From: Microthrixaceae bacterium
GTDB lineage: Bacteria > Actinomycetota > Acidimicrobiia > Acidimicrobiales > Microtrichaceae
NCBI GenBank assembly: GCA_049647585.1
Contig: JBARXY010000008.1
Location: forward strand, 2,024 to 66,023
Reading direction: 5' to 3'
DNA: 64,000 bases
Part shown: piece after piece, positions 25,211 to 35,095 of the stretch
Position numbering within the stretch: the first letter of the stretch is position 1
How the letters are laid out: each line of letters opens with the position of its first letter
Program-made: the position numbers and the translations under genes
The notes under the pieces: generated by a model
What the model saw: the letters and a program-made list of their open reading frames with translations, nothing else
Told to the model about the DNA's origin: nothing
Database searches by the model: none

Positions 25211-26766
25211 CTCGGTCCGCCCGAAAGTTCAATTGCGAAAGGTGAGCTCATGCCCATCTTGCCTGGGTTGAGGATTCCATTCGGGTCGAGTGTCGACTTG
25301 ATCGAATCCAGCACCCCCATACCGGCACCGAGTGCCTCTGCTACGAAGCGCGATCGGTTGAGTCCGACGCCGTGATGGTGCGAGAGCGAACCGCCGAGCT
25401 CGAGGACCTTGCGGGTGCCCACGTCCCAGATCCTGTTGTAGGTGGATTCTCGCTCGTCCTCGGGTACTTGGGCTGCGAAGGTGAAATAGACACAGGCGCC
25501 GTCCGAGTAGCTGTGGCTGCAGTGTGCTGAAGCGGCAAGCACGCCCGGGATCTGGCGGATGGCCCCGAGGGCCTCGTCGGTCACGGCCGCCACCTGCGCC
25601 CAGCTCGCGGAGACCTCCATCGTGTCGACGACGAACCCCTTGGAAATTAGTGATTCGAGGGCAGCGACGTTGTTGCGCTCTCTGAACCAGATCGCGACCA
25701 GGTCGTCGGATAGGACCTCGCCCCCGGCAGCAGCTGCCTCGGCAGCGACCACGTCCATCGATGCGTCGATGATGACCTGATCACCCTCGTCCATGACGAT
25801 GGCCACGCAGGTCTGGTCGCCGGTTTGGTAGTGGCGATCGGACTCGATCGCGTCGTACAGGCGGAGCACCGCTGGTCTGGCCCCTCGGCGCATTACCTTT
25901 CTGCACCATTCCAGGCCGGTCTCGAAACTCGCAAAGGCGTACGCTGCGACCCGCCGCGACTGCGGAGCCGGGTGCACCCGTAGGCGGGCACCTGTGATTA
26001 CTCCGAGGGTTCCCTCGGAACCCACGAACAGCTGATTTAGGTCCGGACCAACAGCAGCTCGGGGATGGCCCCCGGTTTGCAGCGTCCGACCGTCGGCCAG
26101 CACCACATCGAGGCCGAGGACGATGTCCTCGATCTTGCCGTAGCGGGTCGAGAGCTGCCCGGCCCCTCGGCAGGCCAACCAGCCGCCAACGGTCGACAGT
26201 GCCATCGACTGGGGCCAGTGGCCACCCGTCAGAGAATGGGTGTTGCGCAGTTCGTTCTCGTAGCGGTCCCCGAATGTCCCAGCCAGAACGTCTGCGACGA
26301 GGGACTTGTCGTCGACGTCGCGTATCCCGCTCAGACCGCACATGTCGAGCACCAGGCCGCCGTAGCGCGGCACCGAAGCTCCGGCGACCCCGGAACGACC
26401 GCCAGCTGCGGTGACCGGAATATGAGCGTCGTTACAGACGGCAAGGACATCGGCGACCTCGGCCGGAGTCCCGGGGCGTGCGACTGCTGCTCCCCGTTGT
26501 GGAATCTGACCCCGTGTGGCCCAGATCATCGCCAGAGGCCACCAGTCACGGCTCGCTTCGCCGGTCGTGCGCGGATCGTCGTCGACGATGGAACACACCG
26601 AGCGGAGCCTGTTCAGCGTTGATTCGTCGATCTGTGCGGGCGAGTCCCGGTAGTGCGACGTCGCGCCCGCGGGACCCCCTGACAATTCGATCGGGGCTAC
26701 TGGAGCGCCGGTGCCGGTGACCGTGTCATCGATGCTGTGTCCCGATGCGTCGCTTGATTCGTCCAC
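25207..26766 (-). CDS. FAD-linked oxidase (GlcD / alkyl-DHAP synthase-like)
   Basis: The FAD-binding PCMH-type region is IPVTAAGGRSGVAGASVP...GGLVLDM, with a C-terminal FAD-oxidase_C-like region (HHHGVGLNR). Confidence 0.85.
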   Translation of the reverse strand: MDESSDASGHSIDDTVTGTGAPVAPIELSGGPAGATSHYRDSPAQIDESTLNRLRSVCSIVDDDPRTTGEASRDWWPLAMIWATRGQIPQRGAAVARPGTPAEVADVLAVCNDAHIPVTAAGGRSGVAGASVPRYGGLVLDMCGLSGIRDVDDKSLVADVLAGTFGDRYENELRNTHSLTGGHWPQSMALSTVGGWLACRGAGQLSTRYGKIEDIVLGLDVVLADGRTLQTGGHPRAAVGPDLNQLFVGSEGTLGVITGARLRVHPAPQSRRVAAYAFASFETGLEWCRKVMRRGARPAVLRLYDAIESDRHYQTGDQTCVAIVMDEGDQVIIDASMDVVAAEAAAAGGEVLSDDLVAIWFRERNNVAALESLISKGFVVDTMEVSASWAQVAAVTDEALGAIRQIPGVLAASAHCSHSYSDGACVYFTFAAQVPEDERESTYNRIWDVGTRKVLELGGSLSHHHGVGLNRSRFVAEALGAGMGVLDSIKSTLDPNGILNPGKMGMSSPFAIELSGGPS

Positions 26767-26794
26767 TTTTAGTCCCCCTGGATCCCGCCGGTGC

Positions 26795-28513
26795 TCAGGA
26801 TTCGATCAGCTCAGCGAGGTGCGTCACTGGAAGTTCGGCCGAAATTCGTTCGTGTTCGACCGACTTGCGGTACTCGGCGACGCTTGCCCGACGCTGTTCT
26901 TCGGTCCAGCCGAGCTCTTCACCGATTATCTCGGCAACCGAGTCGGCCACAGCTGCTGAATCGTCACGGCCAAAGATCCGGGCCCTGGTTCGACGAGCCA
27001 GCACGTCGTCGACGGAGCCGGCCATTTCATGGCGGACCGCAAAGACTGCCTCGGCCTTCACATAGGGAAGGTCGGCCACCAGCGGCTCTGCGAGTGATGG
27101 ATCCTTCTGGATCGCCGCCATTACGACACGGGCCTCGCCGCCGTAGCGGTTGCCCAGATGTTCCATCAGTTCAGTCGATACGGCCGGGTAGACGCTACGA
27201 GCGGTCCCGAGGGTGTCATACCCGGCGGCACCTCTGAGGCGCAGGTTCTTGGTGACGCTGCGGCCGACCTCCGGAGAGTCGTGATGGGGAAGGACGGTCT
27301 TGACGATTTCGTCGACGGTGTCGGCAGCCATCTCGCGGTAGGTGGTGAGCTTTCCGCCGGTGATCGTGACCAGACCCGAGCGGGACCGCGAAACCTTGTG
27401 CCGACGGGAAAGATCTGCAGTTCGGCCGGTGGACGCAGCCTTGACCAGGGGACGGAGCCCCGCCCAGCTGCCGACGATGTCGGAGGTGAGAATCTGGTTG
27501 GTACAAGACCCGTTGATCGCCTTCAACAGATAGGCGATGTCCTCGGGAGTGCACTGCGGATCATCGAGTGGACCGGTGTAGTCGGTATCCGTTGTACCGA
27601 TGTAGGTGAGTTCCCCCTGGGGAACCACGAAGACGGACCGCTTGTCCTTGGGTACGGGGATTACCGCTGCGATCTCGTTGCGGACGAGTGTCCACGGCAC
27701 CGAGATGTGGATGCCTTTCGCCGGGCGGATGGAATCGGGATGGGTGCCTTCGTCCTGGGCGCGGACGTCGTCGGACCAGACTCCAGCCGCATTCACCACG
27801 GATCGTGTCCGGATGAGGAAGCTCTCGCCGTCGGCCTCAACCTCTACAGCGTTGATCCGCCCACCGGCGTCCTTCTTGAGTCCCTTCGCCGCAACCCGGT
27901 TGGCCACCACTGCACCGTGGTCGAGCGATGCGGTGCGGAGCAGGGTCACGACCAGACGTGCATCATCTGCGGCGGCGTCGAAATACAAATAGGACGAGAC
28001 CAGTCGCGACTCGGGCAGGGTCGGCATGTATTTGAGGGTCTCTGCTTTGTCCAGACGCTTGTGGCGCTTCCCGATGCGCAGCCCGCCGGTGAGGTCGTAT
28101 CCCCACATCGCTGCGCCGAGAAGTCGGGCGATCTTGGAAGGGATGATCCCGTCCTTGCCGAACATGGGGATCAGGAAAGGAAGGACCTTGACCAGGTGTG
28201 GAGCGTTCTTCAGGAGCCTCTGGCGTTCGGCCAACGCCTCGTAGACCAGCCCGACTTCGCCCTGTTGGAGGTAACGCAGCCCGCCGTGGACGAGTTTGGA
28301 CGACTTTGACGATGTGCCGGAGGCAAAGTCGTCACGTTCGATGAGTGCTGCTCGAAGACCTCGCGATGCGGCGTCGAGTACGACACCGGCACCGGTGACT
28401 CCACCACCGATCACCACCAAGTCAAATTCTTCTTCACGCAATGCTTCGAGAGATCTTGAGCGGACGAATGGTCTTGGAGTCACGTTCAGGAGTGTAGAAC
28501 GAGGGGCAGACAC
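26795..28513 (-). CDS. glpD: FAD-dependent glycerol-3-phosphate dehydrogenase
   Basis: The motif DLVVIGGGVTGAGVVLDAASRGLRAALIERDDFASGTSSKSSKLVHGGLRYL is typical of GlpD. It is the first gene of a minus-strand glycerol cluster. Confidence 0.92.
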   Translation of the reverse strand: MSAPRSTLLNVTPRPFVRSRSLEALREEEFDLVVIGGGVTGAGVVLDAASRGLRAALIERDDFASGTSSKSSKLVHGGLRYLQQGEVGLVYEALAERQRLLKNAPHLVKVLPFLIPMFGKDGIIPSKIARLLGAAMWGYDLTGGLRIGKRHKRLDKAETLKYMPTLPESRLVSSYLYFDAAADDARLVVTLLRTASLDHGAVVANRVAAKGLKKDAGGRINAVEVEADGESFLIRTRSVVNAAGVWSDDVRAQDEGTHPDSIRPAKGIHISVPWTLVRNEIAAVIPVPKDKRSVFVVPQGELTYIGTTDTDYTGPLDDPQCTPEDIAYLLKAINGSCTNQILTSDIVGSWAGLRPLVKAASTGRTADLSRRHKVSRSRSGLVTITGGKLTTYREMAADTVDEIVKTVLPHHDSPEVGRSVTKNLRLRGAAGYDTLGTARSVYPAVSTELMEHLGNRYGGEARVVMAAIQKDPSLAEPLVADLPYVKAEAVFAVRHEMAGSVDDVLARRTRARIFGRDDSAAVADSVAEIIGEELGWTEEQRRASVAEYRKSVEHERISAELPVTHLAELIES

Positions 28514-28555
28514 TCACTTGGACACGGGCGGGCTGCACGGGCAGAATCACGCCAC

Positions 28556-28834
28556 ATGGACCGCGCGTGGGTACACAGGTCGGCCTGCAAGGGTCTGGAT
28601 CCAATCATCTTCTATCCCGCAAGTGATGAGGAGGCCGTCGAGGCCAAAGAGGTCTGTGCCCGCTGTCCGGTGCAAGACGAGTGTCTGGAGCATGCGATCT
28701 CCAATCGGGAACACAACGGCGTTTGGGGCGGAGCCACCGAACGGGAGCGTCAGCGGATCATCCGCAGGCGGCGTCGGATGCGTGCCATGGGATCCAAGGA
28801 AGACACAGTCTCCGGAAGCGCGGCAGCTCGTTGA
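28556..28834 (+). CDS. whiB: WhiB-family transcriptional regulator
   Basis: Four Cys are present (SACKG, CARCPVQDEC), followed by GVWGG and a basic C-terminal tail RRRRR. Confidence 0.9.
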   Translation: MDRAWVHRSACKGLDPIIFYPASDEEAVEAKEVCARCPVQDECLEHAISNREHNGVWGGATERERQRIIRRRRRMRAMGSKEDTVSGSAAAR

Positions 28835-29907
28835 TGGACGCCTTTGCCAGGGCAGGCGGCTGGTCCGGGGTTCTGTCGTCGCTGATCGCCGGCGAGGACC
28901 TACCTCCTGACTTGGCGGCATCGACGATGGGTCAGATCCTTCGGGGTGACTCCACGAACTCCCAGATTGCGGGGTTCTTGGTCGCACTGAAGGCCAAGGG
29001 TGAGAACATCGACGAAGTGGCCGGGTTCGTCGACTCGATGATCGATGCGGCGTCCCCGCTGGTTCTCGACGAGCCCGAGTCGGTGATCGACATTGTCGGT
29101 ACCGGCGGTTCCGCGGCGCTCGCTGGTCGAGCGTTCAATGTATCGACGATGGCATCGATCGTCGCTGCCGGCGCGGGGGCCCGGGTCTGCAAACACGGCA
29201 ACCGCAAGGCCTCATCGACCTCAGGGTCGACGGACCTGCTGGAAGCCCTCGGTGTCGCGATCGAACTCGACGGTCCCGGCGTGGCTGCTTGCGTTCGTGA
29301 AGCCGGCGTCGGATTCGCGTTCGCACGGATCTTCCACCCGTCGATGCGATTTGCCGCACCGGTTCGCAGCGAATTGGGCTTCCCGACGATTTTCAACGTT
29401 CTGGGCCCCCTTTCGCATCCCGGGCGGGTCGGACGTCAACTACTCGGAGTCGCCGACCGCGCGGCGATGGATCTGGTTGCGGGTGTGCTCCAGAAGCGGG
29501 GAATGGCTCACGCTTGGATCGTCAACGGCGAAGGTGCTCTCGATGAGCTGACCACCACCGGTACGAGCAGCGTGATCGAGGTCCGCGACGGTCAACTGCG
29601 TCACTTCGAGCTTTCTGCGACCGATCTGGGCCTGGCGCCGGCGACGCTGGAGGATATCGGCGTCGGTGGACCCTCGGAGAACGCCCGTGTCGCGGAGTCG
29701 GTCGTCGCGGGTGACCCAGGACCGCTTCGGGACATGGTGGTGCTGAACGCCGGGGCCGCGTTGTTCATCTCGGGGATCGCCCCAGACATCGAATCCGGCG
29801 TGCGAGCCGCGGAAGCGGCTATCGACAACGGAAACGCAGCCCGCGCGCTCGGTCGGCTGATTGCGGCCAGCCGGGCCGCTGCGGGTGCCGCCGAGACCGA
29901 CGGGTAA
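28834..29907 (+). CDS. trpD: anthranilate phosphoribosyltransferase
   Basis: Motifs: IDIVGTGGS, FNVSTMASIVAAGAGARVCKHGNRKASSTSGSTDLLEALG. ATG 28834 overlaps the whiB TGA by 1 nt. Confidence 0.9.
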   Translation: MDAFARAGGWSGVLSSLIAGEDLPPDLAASTMGQILRGDSTNSQIAGFLVALKAKGENIDEVAGFVDSMIDAASPLVLDEPESVIDIVGTGGSAALAGRAFNVSTMASIVAAGAGARVCKHGNRKASSTSGSTDLLEALGVAIELDGPGVAACVREAGVGFAFARIFHPSMRFAAPVRSELGFPTIFNVLGPLSHPGRVGRQLLGVADRAAMDLVAGVLQKRGMAHAWIVNGEGALDELTTTGTSSVIEVRDGQLRHFELSATDLGLAPATLEDIGVGGPSENARVAESVVAGDPGPLRDMVVLNAGAALFISGIAPDIESGVRAAEAAIDNGNAARALGRLIAASRAAAGAAETDG

Positions 29908-29916
29908 CATTCCGCC

Positions 29917-30189
29917 ATGGCCACATCGACTCACACGCGCTACCGCTGTAGCGCCTGTGGAAATCTCACCCGTTTCGAGGTCACTTCCACCCGTAGAACC
30001 AAGGCGTTCTACCACTACACGGTGGGAGGGGACCTCTCGATCGAGGACACCGACGTGCTTTCCGATGACGTCGAAGAGGTTCTCTGTCGCTGGTGCGGAA
30101 CTGGTGGATCAGTCGTCGTTGTGGACGATGATCCGGACGCCGGGCCAGATGGTGGCCACGACGCTGGTAGCGAACCTGGAGCGAATTAA
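29917..30189 (+). CDS. small zinc-ribbon protein
   Basis: CSACGNLTRF ... CRWCGTGG, followed by an acidic tail. Confidence 0.6.
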   Translation: MATSTHTRYRCSACGNLTRFEVTSTRRTKAFYHYTVGGDLSIEDTDVLSDDVEEVLCRWCGTGGSVVVVDDDPDAGPDGGHDAGSEPGAN

Positions 30190-30342
30190 ATCGACGATGA
30201 CTCGGCCCTGCTGAACGGAGCAGTTGAGCTCGCCATAGCCCGGGCGCGTCGTGACTCGACAACACCGGGGGCGCTACCCGTACCGAAGCCCCTTCGTCCC
30301 CTGATCCGGTTCAAGAAGCTGCCGAGCAAGGCCCTGCGCACG

Positions 30343-31704
30343 GTGCGCGAAGTGCTCGACCAGGACGTCGACTTCCGTGAGCGGGTTGCGGCCGGGGTGA
30401 ACGAAGGTGATCTCGATCGCGCTTCGTGGTTGTTCCTGACTAGGCCCGAAGGTTGGCTTGAAGAGTACGAACTGCTCGTGGCAGCCCTCGAGGAACAGAA
30501 GATCGAGCAGGAATCGAGGTCGGCCGAACGTCGACTTGAACAGCTTGAAGCCACGTACGGACGCACAAAGCAAGAGCTGGTCGATTCCCGCAGACACGTC
30601 AAGTCTCTGGAGAGCAAGTTGGACCACGACAGGGTGGAGATCGCTCGTCTGGTGGGTCTGAGCGACTCGTTGACCGCTCGGGTTGTCGAACTCGAAGCCG
30701 AACGCGGCTCGGTCATCCGGAATTTGAAGACTGCTGAACAGCTGTCGGTCGAGCGGCTGGCCAGGGTCCGGGCTCTCGAAGCCGAACTTGAGAAGTATGC
30801 GGACAAGGTCGAGGCCGTCTCCAAAGATGTACGTGCATCGGTGACAGAGTCCGGTCCCACGACTGAGTCCGGTTCCGCGACCGGGTCCGGTTCGATGACC
30901 GGCCCTGAGTCCACGACCGGGTCCGGTTACAACCGGGGAGGTCCCACAAGGCCCGGGCCCACAGGTGACGGGCTCGGAGAATCTCGATCAGGAGCGACAT
31001 CCTCTGGACCGGTCGACGTCGATCCTGTCACAGCATCTTCGTCGATCGCCGAGGCCATCCGTGCGTTGGCCGACATCGCATCGGCACTGGACAAGGCGGC
31101 ACTCGCTCTGGGCGCCACCTCCGACAACACCCAGGTCTCGACCCCGGCACAGAGTCCGACCCGTGCCTCAGCACGGGTTTCGGACATTGATGCCCAGGAT
31201 CCAAATGGTCCATCGTTGGTCACTTCGGGTTCACGTCCGGCGCGACGGTCACCCCTTCGTCTACTCCGTGGCGCTCTAGAAGGATCCCGGGCCGGCATAG
31301 AGCAGATCCTCACCACGCCCGGAGTTGTGGTCTACGTCGACGGTTACAACGTTTCGATGGAGGCATGGCCTTCGCTCAACGGGGCTGCCCAGCGACAGTC
31401 GTTGATCGACATGCTCGGTTCGATCGCGGCGCGCACCCGGGCCGAGATCCATGCGGTCTTCGACGGGGACAACGACGGGCGTAGGCCCAGCGTTTCGAGT
31501 CCTTTGCCCGTGAGAGTTCACTTCAGTCATGCCGACATAGAGGCTGACGACCAGATCCTGGGCTACGTCGCGGATCTGGCGCCGAACCGCCCGGTGCTCG
31601 TCATCAGTTCGGACAATCGGGTCCGCACGGGGGCAATGCGCCTGGGCGCCAACACGATCACGTCCTCGGATCTATTGGCATTCGCACGCGGAACTGCGAG
31701 CTGA
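30343..31704 (+). CDS. coiled-coil protein with C-terminal NYN/YacP-like (PIN-fold) domain
   Basis: The C-terminus has VVYVDGYNVSM...HAVFDG...VHFSHADIEADDQILGYV...VISSDNRV. The N-terminal half is coiled coil followed by low complexity. The frame is open from 30190 but has no canonical start before GTG 30343. Confidence 0.75.
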   Translation: MREVLDQDVDFRERVAAGVNEGDLDRASWLFLTRPEGWLEEYELLVAALEEQKIEQESRSAERRLEQLEATYGRTKQELVDSRRHVKSLESKLDHDRVEIARLVGLSDSLTARVVELEAERGSVIRNLKTAEQLSVERLARVRALEAELEKYADKVEAVSKDVRASVTESGPTTESGSATGSGSMTGPESTTGSGYNRGGPTRPGPTGDGLGESRSGATSSGPVDVDPVTASSSIAEAIRALADIASALDKAALALGATSDNTQVSTPAQSPTRASARVSDIDAQDPNGPSLVTSGSRPARRSPLRLLRGALEGSRAGIEQILTTPGVVVYVDGYNVSMEAWPSLNGAAQRQSLIDMLGSIAARTRAEIHAVFDGDNDGRRPSVSSPLPVRVHFSHADIEADDQILGYVADLAPNRPVLVISSDNRVRTGAMRLGANTITSSDLLAFARGTAS

Positions 31705-31706
31705 GC

Positions 31707-32114
31707 ATGTTGTTGCACATCGTCGCCGAGGCTGAATGGGCCAGGGTCAGTCGGTCGGGCGAAGCGTATTTCGCCGCTGGTCAGGACGTCGTCGGGTTCA
31801 TGCATCTGTCAACCCCCGAGCAGGTCCTGATACCAGCGAACCTGTTCTACAAGGGCCAAGAGAACCTGGTGCTGGTGGCCATCGACGAAGACGCGCTCGG
31901 ACCCGAACTCAAGTGGGAGCAAGGGGTTCCGCCGTCGGGTGACATGCTGTTCCCGCACCTCTACGGCCCCCTCGAGCCGACCGCCGTCATCGGAGCGGTC
32001 CCGTTCCCGTGTGCTAGCGACGGATCATTCAGCTTGCCCGACCTTTCAGACGTGTCCGACCCGCGGGGACCGGAACTCGACCCAGATCGCGACCCAGATC
32101 ACGACCATGGCTGA
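31707..32114 (+). CDS. DUF952-family protein
   Basis: The pattern is MLLHIV...EWA......FMHLST.EQV...ANLFYKG...LVLVAID...L...LKWE....G..FPHLYGPL. Confidence 0.8.
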   Translation: MLLHIVAEAEWARVSRSGEAYFAAGQDVVGFMHLSTPEQVLIPANLFYKGQENLVLVAIDEDALGPELKWEQGVPPSGDMLFPHLYGPLEPTAVIGAVPFPCASDGSFSLPDLSDVSDPRGPELDPDRDPDHDHG

Positions 32115-33312
32115 CTCCGAAATTTCAGGTGATGCCGAGCGACTGCTGACGCTCAGGTTCGTGACAGTGGTGAGCAGCGGACTCTTCTATTTCATGTCCC
32201 TCGGCATGCAGCTTCCGACAGTTCCGAAATTCATCGAAGGACCTCTCGGTGGAAGCGATCTGGCTGTCGGGGTCCTGGTCGGCTCCTTCTCACTGGGAGC
32301 GGTAGCCATCAGACCTATGGCCGGTCGACTGGGCGACAAACTGGGTCGCAGGATGTTGATCATCGCTGGTGCCCTGCTTGTAGCCATTTCGGTGCTTCTC
32401 TACAACGTCATCGCCACAACGATCGGATTATTCGCGGCACGGTTGCTGGGTGGAGTCGGCGAAGCTGCCTTCTTCGTCGGTGCAGGAACCATGGTGACCG
32501 ACCTGGCTCCGGTGTCGCGTCGGGGCGAGGCGATCAGCTATTGGTCCGTGGCGGTCTACGGAGGCTTGGCGTTCGGGCCTTCCTTGGGGGAGCGACTTCT
32601 GGCCGGGGATCACTACGGGCGGGTCTGGACGGTGGCTGCCGGACTAGCAGTTGTATCCGCAATCATCGGTGTCATGACCCGTGAGACCGCAGTGCTCACC
32701 GGAGAGTACGCACCGGCACCTCTCATCAACCGGACCGCGGTCGGACCGGGGATTGTGCTGTTCCTGGGAATGATGGGTCTGGCTGGATTCGGCGCGTTCG
32801 TGCCTCTCTATGTGTCCGGGATCGGACTCGAGGATTCGAGCGGTGTATTCCTCCTCTACGGCTGCACGATCCTCGGAGTCCGAATCGTCGGAGCTCGCAT
32901 CCCCGACCGGATCGGAACACTCAGGGCGGGTTCCTTGGCGACGGCCGCCTCAGCTGTCGGACTGTTGGTGATCGCGGCGGTCCCGACGGTAACGGGGCTT
33001 TACGTCGGGACCTTCATCTTCTCGCTGGGAATGTCGCTGCTCTATCCATCAATGTTGACCATGGCTCTGGCCGGAGTTCCGGACAATGAGCGTGGCTCGG
33101 CTGTCGGGACAATCAGCAGTTTCTTCGATCTCTCCCAGGGGGTGGGTGCAGCAATACTCGGAGTTTCGGTGAGCCTCGGCGGATACCGCAGCGCCTTCAT
33201 CACCGCCGCGGCGATGGCCGTCGTGGCGATGCTGTTGCTGCGGGGCAGGGTCGACCTGCGGTTCCGGAGGAGCGACGCGCCAGTCATCGCGCCAGGGCCC
33301 ACACCGCCGTGA
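32107..33312 (+). CDS. MFS transporter
   Basis: About 12 TM segments. The loop 2-3 motif is GRLGDKLGRR. ATG 32107 overlaps the DUF952 stop. Confidence 0.85.
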   Translation: MADSEISGDAERLLTLRFVTVVSSGLFYFMSLGMQLPTVPKFIEGPLGGSDLAVGVLVGSFSLGAVAIRPMAGRLGDKLGRRMLIIAGALLVAISVLLYNVIATTIGLFAARLLGGVGEAAFFVGAGTMVTDLAPVSRRGEAISYWSVAVYGGLAFGPSLGERLLAGDHYGRVWTVAAGLAVVSAIIGVMTRETAVLTGEYAPAPLINRTAVGPGIVLFLGMMGLAGFGAFVPLYVSGIGLEDSSGVFLLYGCTILGVRIVGARIPDRIGTLRAGSLATAASAVGLLVIAAVPTVTGLYVGTFIFSLGMSLLYPSMLTMALAGVPDNERGSAVGTISSFFDLSQGVGAAILGVSVSLGGYRSAFITAAAMAVVAMLLLRGRVDLRFRRSDAPVIAPGPTPP

Positions 33313-34493
33313 GCGCCACCGAGACCGACACGAACACGACGGGCCTCCGGGACGAACTGATCGACCTGGGACTCGGGAACGGCCTGGCGACAGTCGGGGT
33401 TTGTGACGCACAACCGTTTCTAGAAACCCGTCGGGTGCTCCATGAACGCAGGGACCTCGGGCTGAACGGCGACATGCAGTTCACCTACCGGAACCCGGAT
33501 CGATCCACGGACCCAGCACGCGCGCTGCCAAACGCCGCGTCGATGATCGTCGCCGCGTACCGGTATGACACCGAGCTACCGGCCGCCCCCACTGTCGGTA
33601 CGCATGGTCGCGTCGCTCGCTACGCGACCACTGACCATTACGACAGACTTCGCGGCGGACTTCGCGTGATCGCCGGTCGGTTGAAGGAACTCGGTCATCG
33701 GGCCGTGGTGGTCTGCGACGACAATTCGATGGTCGACCGGGCGGTTGCGGTCAGAGCCGGGCTGGGTTTCTACGGCAAGAGCGCCAATGTCCTGCTTCCG
33801 GGCCAAGGGAGTTGGTTCGTTCTCGGATCGGTGATCACCGACGTCGAGTTCACTCCCACCGGGTCGGCCGTCGCAGATGGATGTGGAACTTGTACGCGAT
33901 GCCTCGATGGATGCCCCACGTCTGCGATCGTCGCTCCCGGCGTAGTTGATGCACGTCGTTGCCTTTCCTGGTTGATTCAGGCTCCAGGGGACTTCCCTCG
34001 GGAGTTCCGCCGGGCGCTTGGAATCAGGATCTACGGATGTGACGACTGCCAAGAGGTCTGTCCTCCGAGCCGTAGAGCCGACCGACTCCAGATCGGCTCG
34101 AGGCCGGTTGAGGCTGCGTCTGACGCCTGGGTGGATGTGGAATGGATCCTCACGGCCAGTGATGAGGATCTGCTCGACCGACTCGGTCGTTGGTACATCG
34201 CCAAGCGGGATCCGAACTATCTGCGCCGCAACGCTCTGGTCGTCTACGGAAATTCTGCCGGGAATTCCGCTGGAAATTCCGCCGGAAGTTCTGCCGGAAC
34301 TCCTTCTCGCGAGCAGCTCGAATCGGTTCTGGGTCCCTATCTGGACGGGCCCGATGACATGCTTGCCTCCCACGCAGCGTGGGCAGCTTTGAACCTTGGG
34401 CACCGGGACCTACTTGTCGGCCGGCTCGATCGTCCGGCGGTTGCCCTGGAACTGGCCTACTTCGATGATGACGTGGAGAATCTCGGTCGATGA
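33309..34493 (+). CDS. queG: tRNA epoxyqueuosine(34) reductase
   Basis: GLGFYGKSANVLLPGQGSWFVLG, with two 4Fe-4S motifs CGTCTRCLDGCP and CDDCQEVCPP. The C-terminal helical repeat region carries a GNSAGNSAGNSAGSSAG insert. Confidence 0.85.
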   Translation: MSATETDTNTTGLRDELIDLGLGNGLATVGVCDAQPFLETRRVLHERRDLGLNGDMQFTYRNPDRSTDPARALPNAASMIVAAYRYDTELPAAPTVGTHGRVARYATTDHYDRLRGGLRVIAGRLKELGHRAVVVCDDNSMVDRAVAVRAGLGFYGKSANVLLPGQGSWFVLGSVITDVEFTPTGSAVADGCGTCTRCLDGCPTSAIVAPGVVDARRCLSWLIQAPGDFPREFRRALGIRIYGCDDCQEVCPPSRRADRLQIGSRPVEAASDAWVDVEWILTASDEDLLDRLGRWYIAKRDPNYLRRNALVVYGNSAGNSAGNSAGSSAGTPSREQLESVLGPYLDGPDDMLASHAAWAALNLGHRDLLVGRLDRPAVALELAYFDDDVENLGR

Positions 34494-35095
34494 GCAGAGC
34501 GGGTGCAGGACGCAAATCTGACCGATCCACCGATCAAAAGTCAGACCGCGGGAAAAAGGCCGAGCGACCCCCGACAGCGGCCGAGGCACGCGCCGAGTTC
34601 GAAGCCGAGCGAGAGGCCAACAAGGCCGCGCGGAGGGCCGAGATTGCCGCTGCCTTTCCGGAAGGCATTCCGGGCGTTTGGGTTGCCGTCGCATCCTGGG
34701 TGACGACTGCGCTGTTCATCATCGTTTCGGTTCCGGCGGTCATCGACCCGGACAAGTTCATCGCGCCGTACTTCGCGGTGACGATGGCACTCTTCCTGGT
34801 CGGATGTGCCCTCTTCGCCGCCGACATCTTTCTGATGGCCTCTCGTAGCCGGGACGATCTGATGGGTATCGGTGGAATTTTCCTGCTGGTGGGATCAGTA
34901 CCTCGGAAAATGCAGGTCCACCTGTTGTCCGCACTGGTAATCCAGATCGTCGTGTCGGTTGTCAGCGCCGCCGTACACCCCTTCACGCCACTCGCATTCG
35001 GGACCCTCGTGCCGATCCTCGGGCTGTCGCTGTGCGGCCTCTGGTCGGTGCTGCATGGCCATTTCCCGGCGCAGATTCCTGACGGTGCCAAATGA
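34490..35095 (+). CDS. hypothetical membrane protein
   Basis: A basic N-terminus followed by four TM helices. It overlaps both neighbouring genes by 4 nt. Confidence 0.6.
   Translation: MSRAGAGRKSDRSTDQKSDRGKKAERPPTAAEARAEFEAEREANKAARRAEIAAAFPEGIPGVWVAVASWVTTALFIIVSVPAVIDPDKFIAPYFAVTMALFLVGCALFAADIFLMASRSRDDLMGIGGIFLLVGSVPRKMQVHLLSALVIQIVVSVVSAAVHPFTPLAFGTLVPILGLSLCGLWSVLHGHFPAQIPDGAK

Noticed and set aside
27158-28309. 383-aa plus-strand ORF
   Set aside because: It lies antisense to glpD, which has an unambiguous FAD-binding GlpD signature.
30186-30914. 242-aa minus-strand ORF
   Set aside because: It lies antisense to the NYN-domain gene, is Ser/Arg-rich and has no motifs.
33576-34403. 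275-aa minus-strand ORF
   Set aside because: It lies antisense to queG, which has two clear 4Fe-4S motifs.
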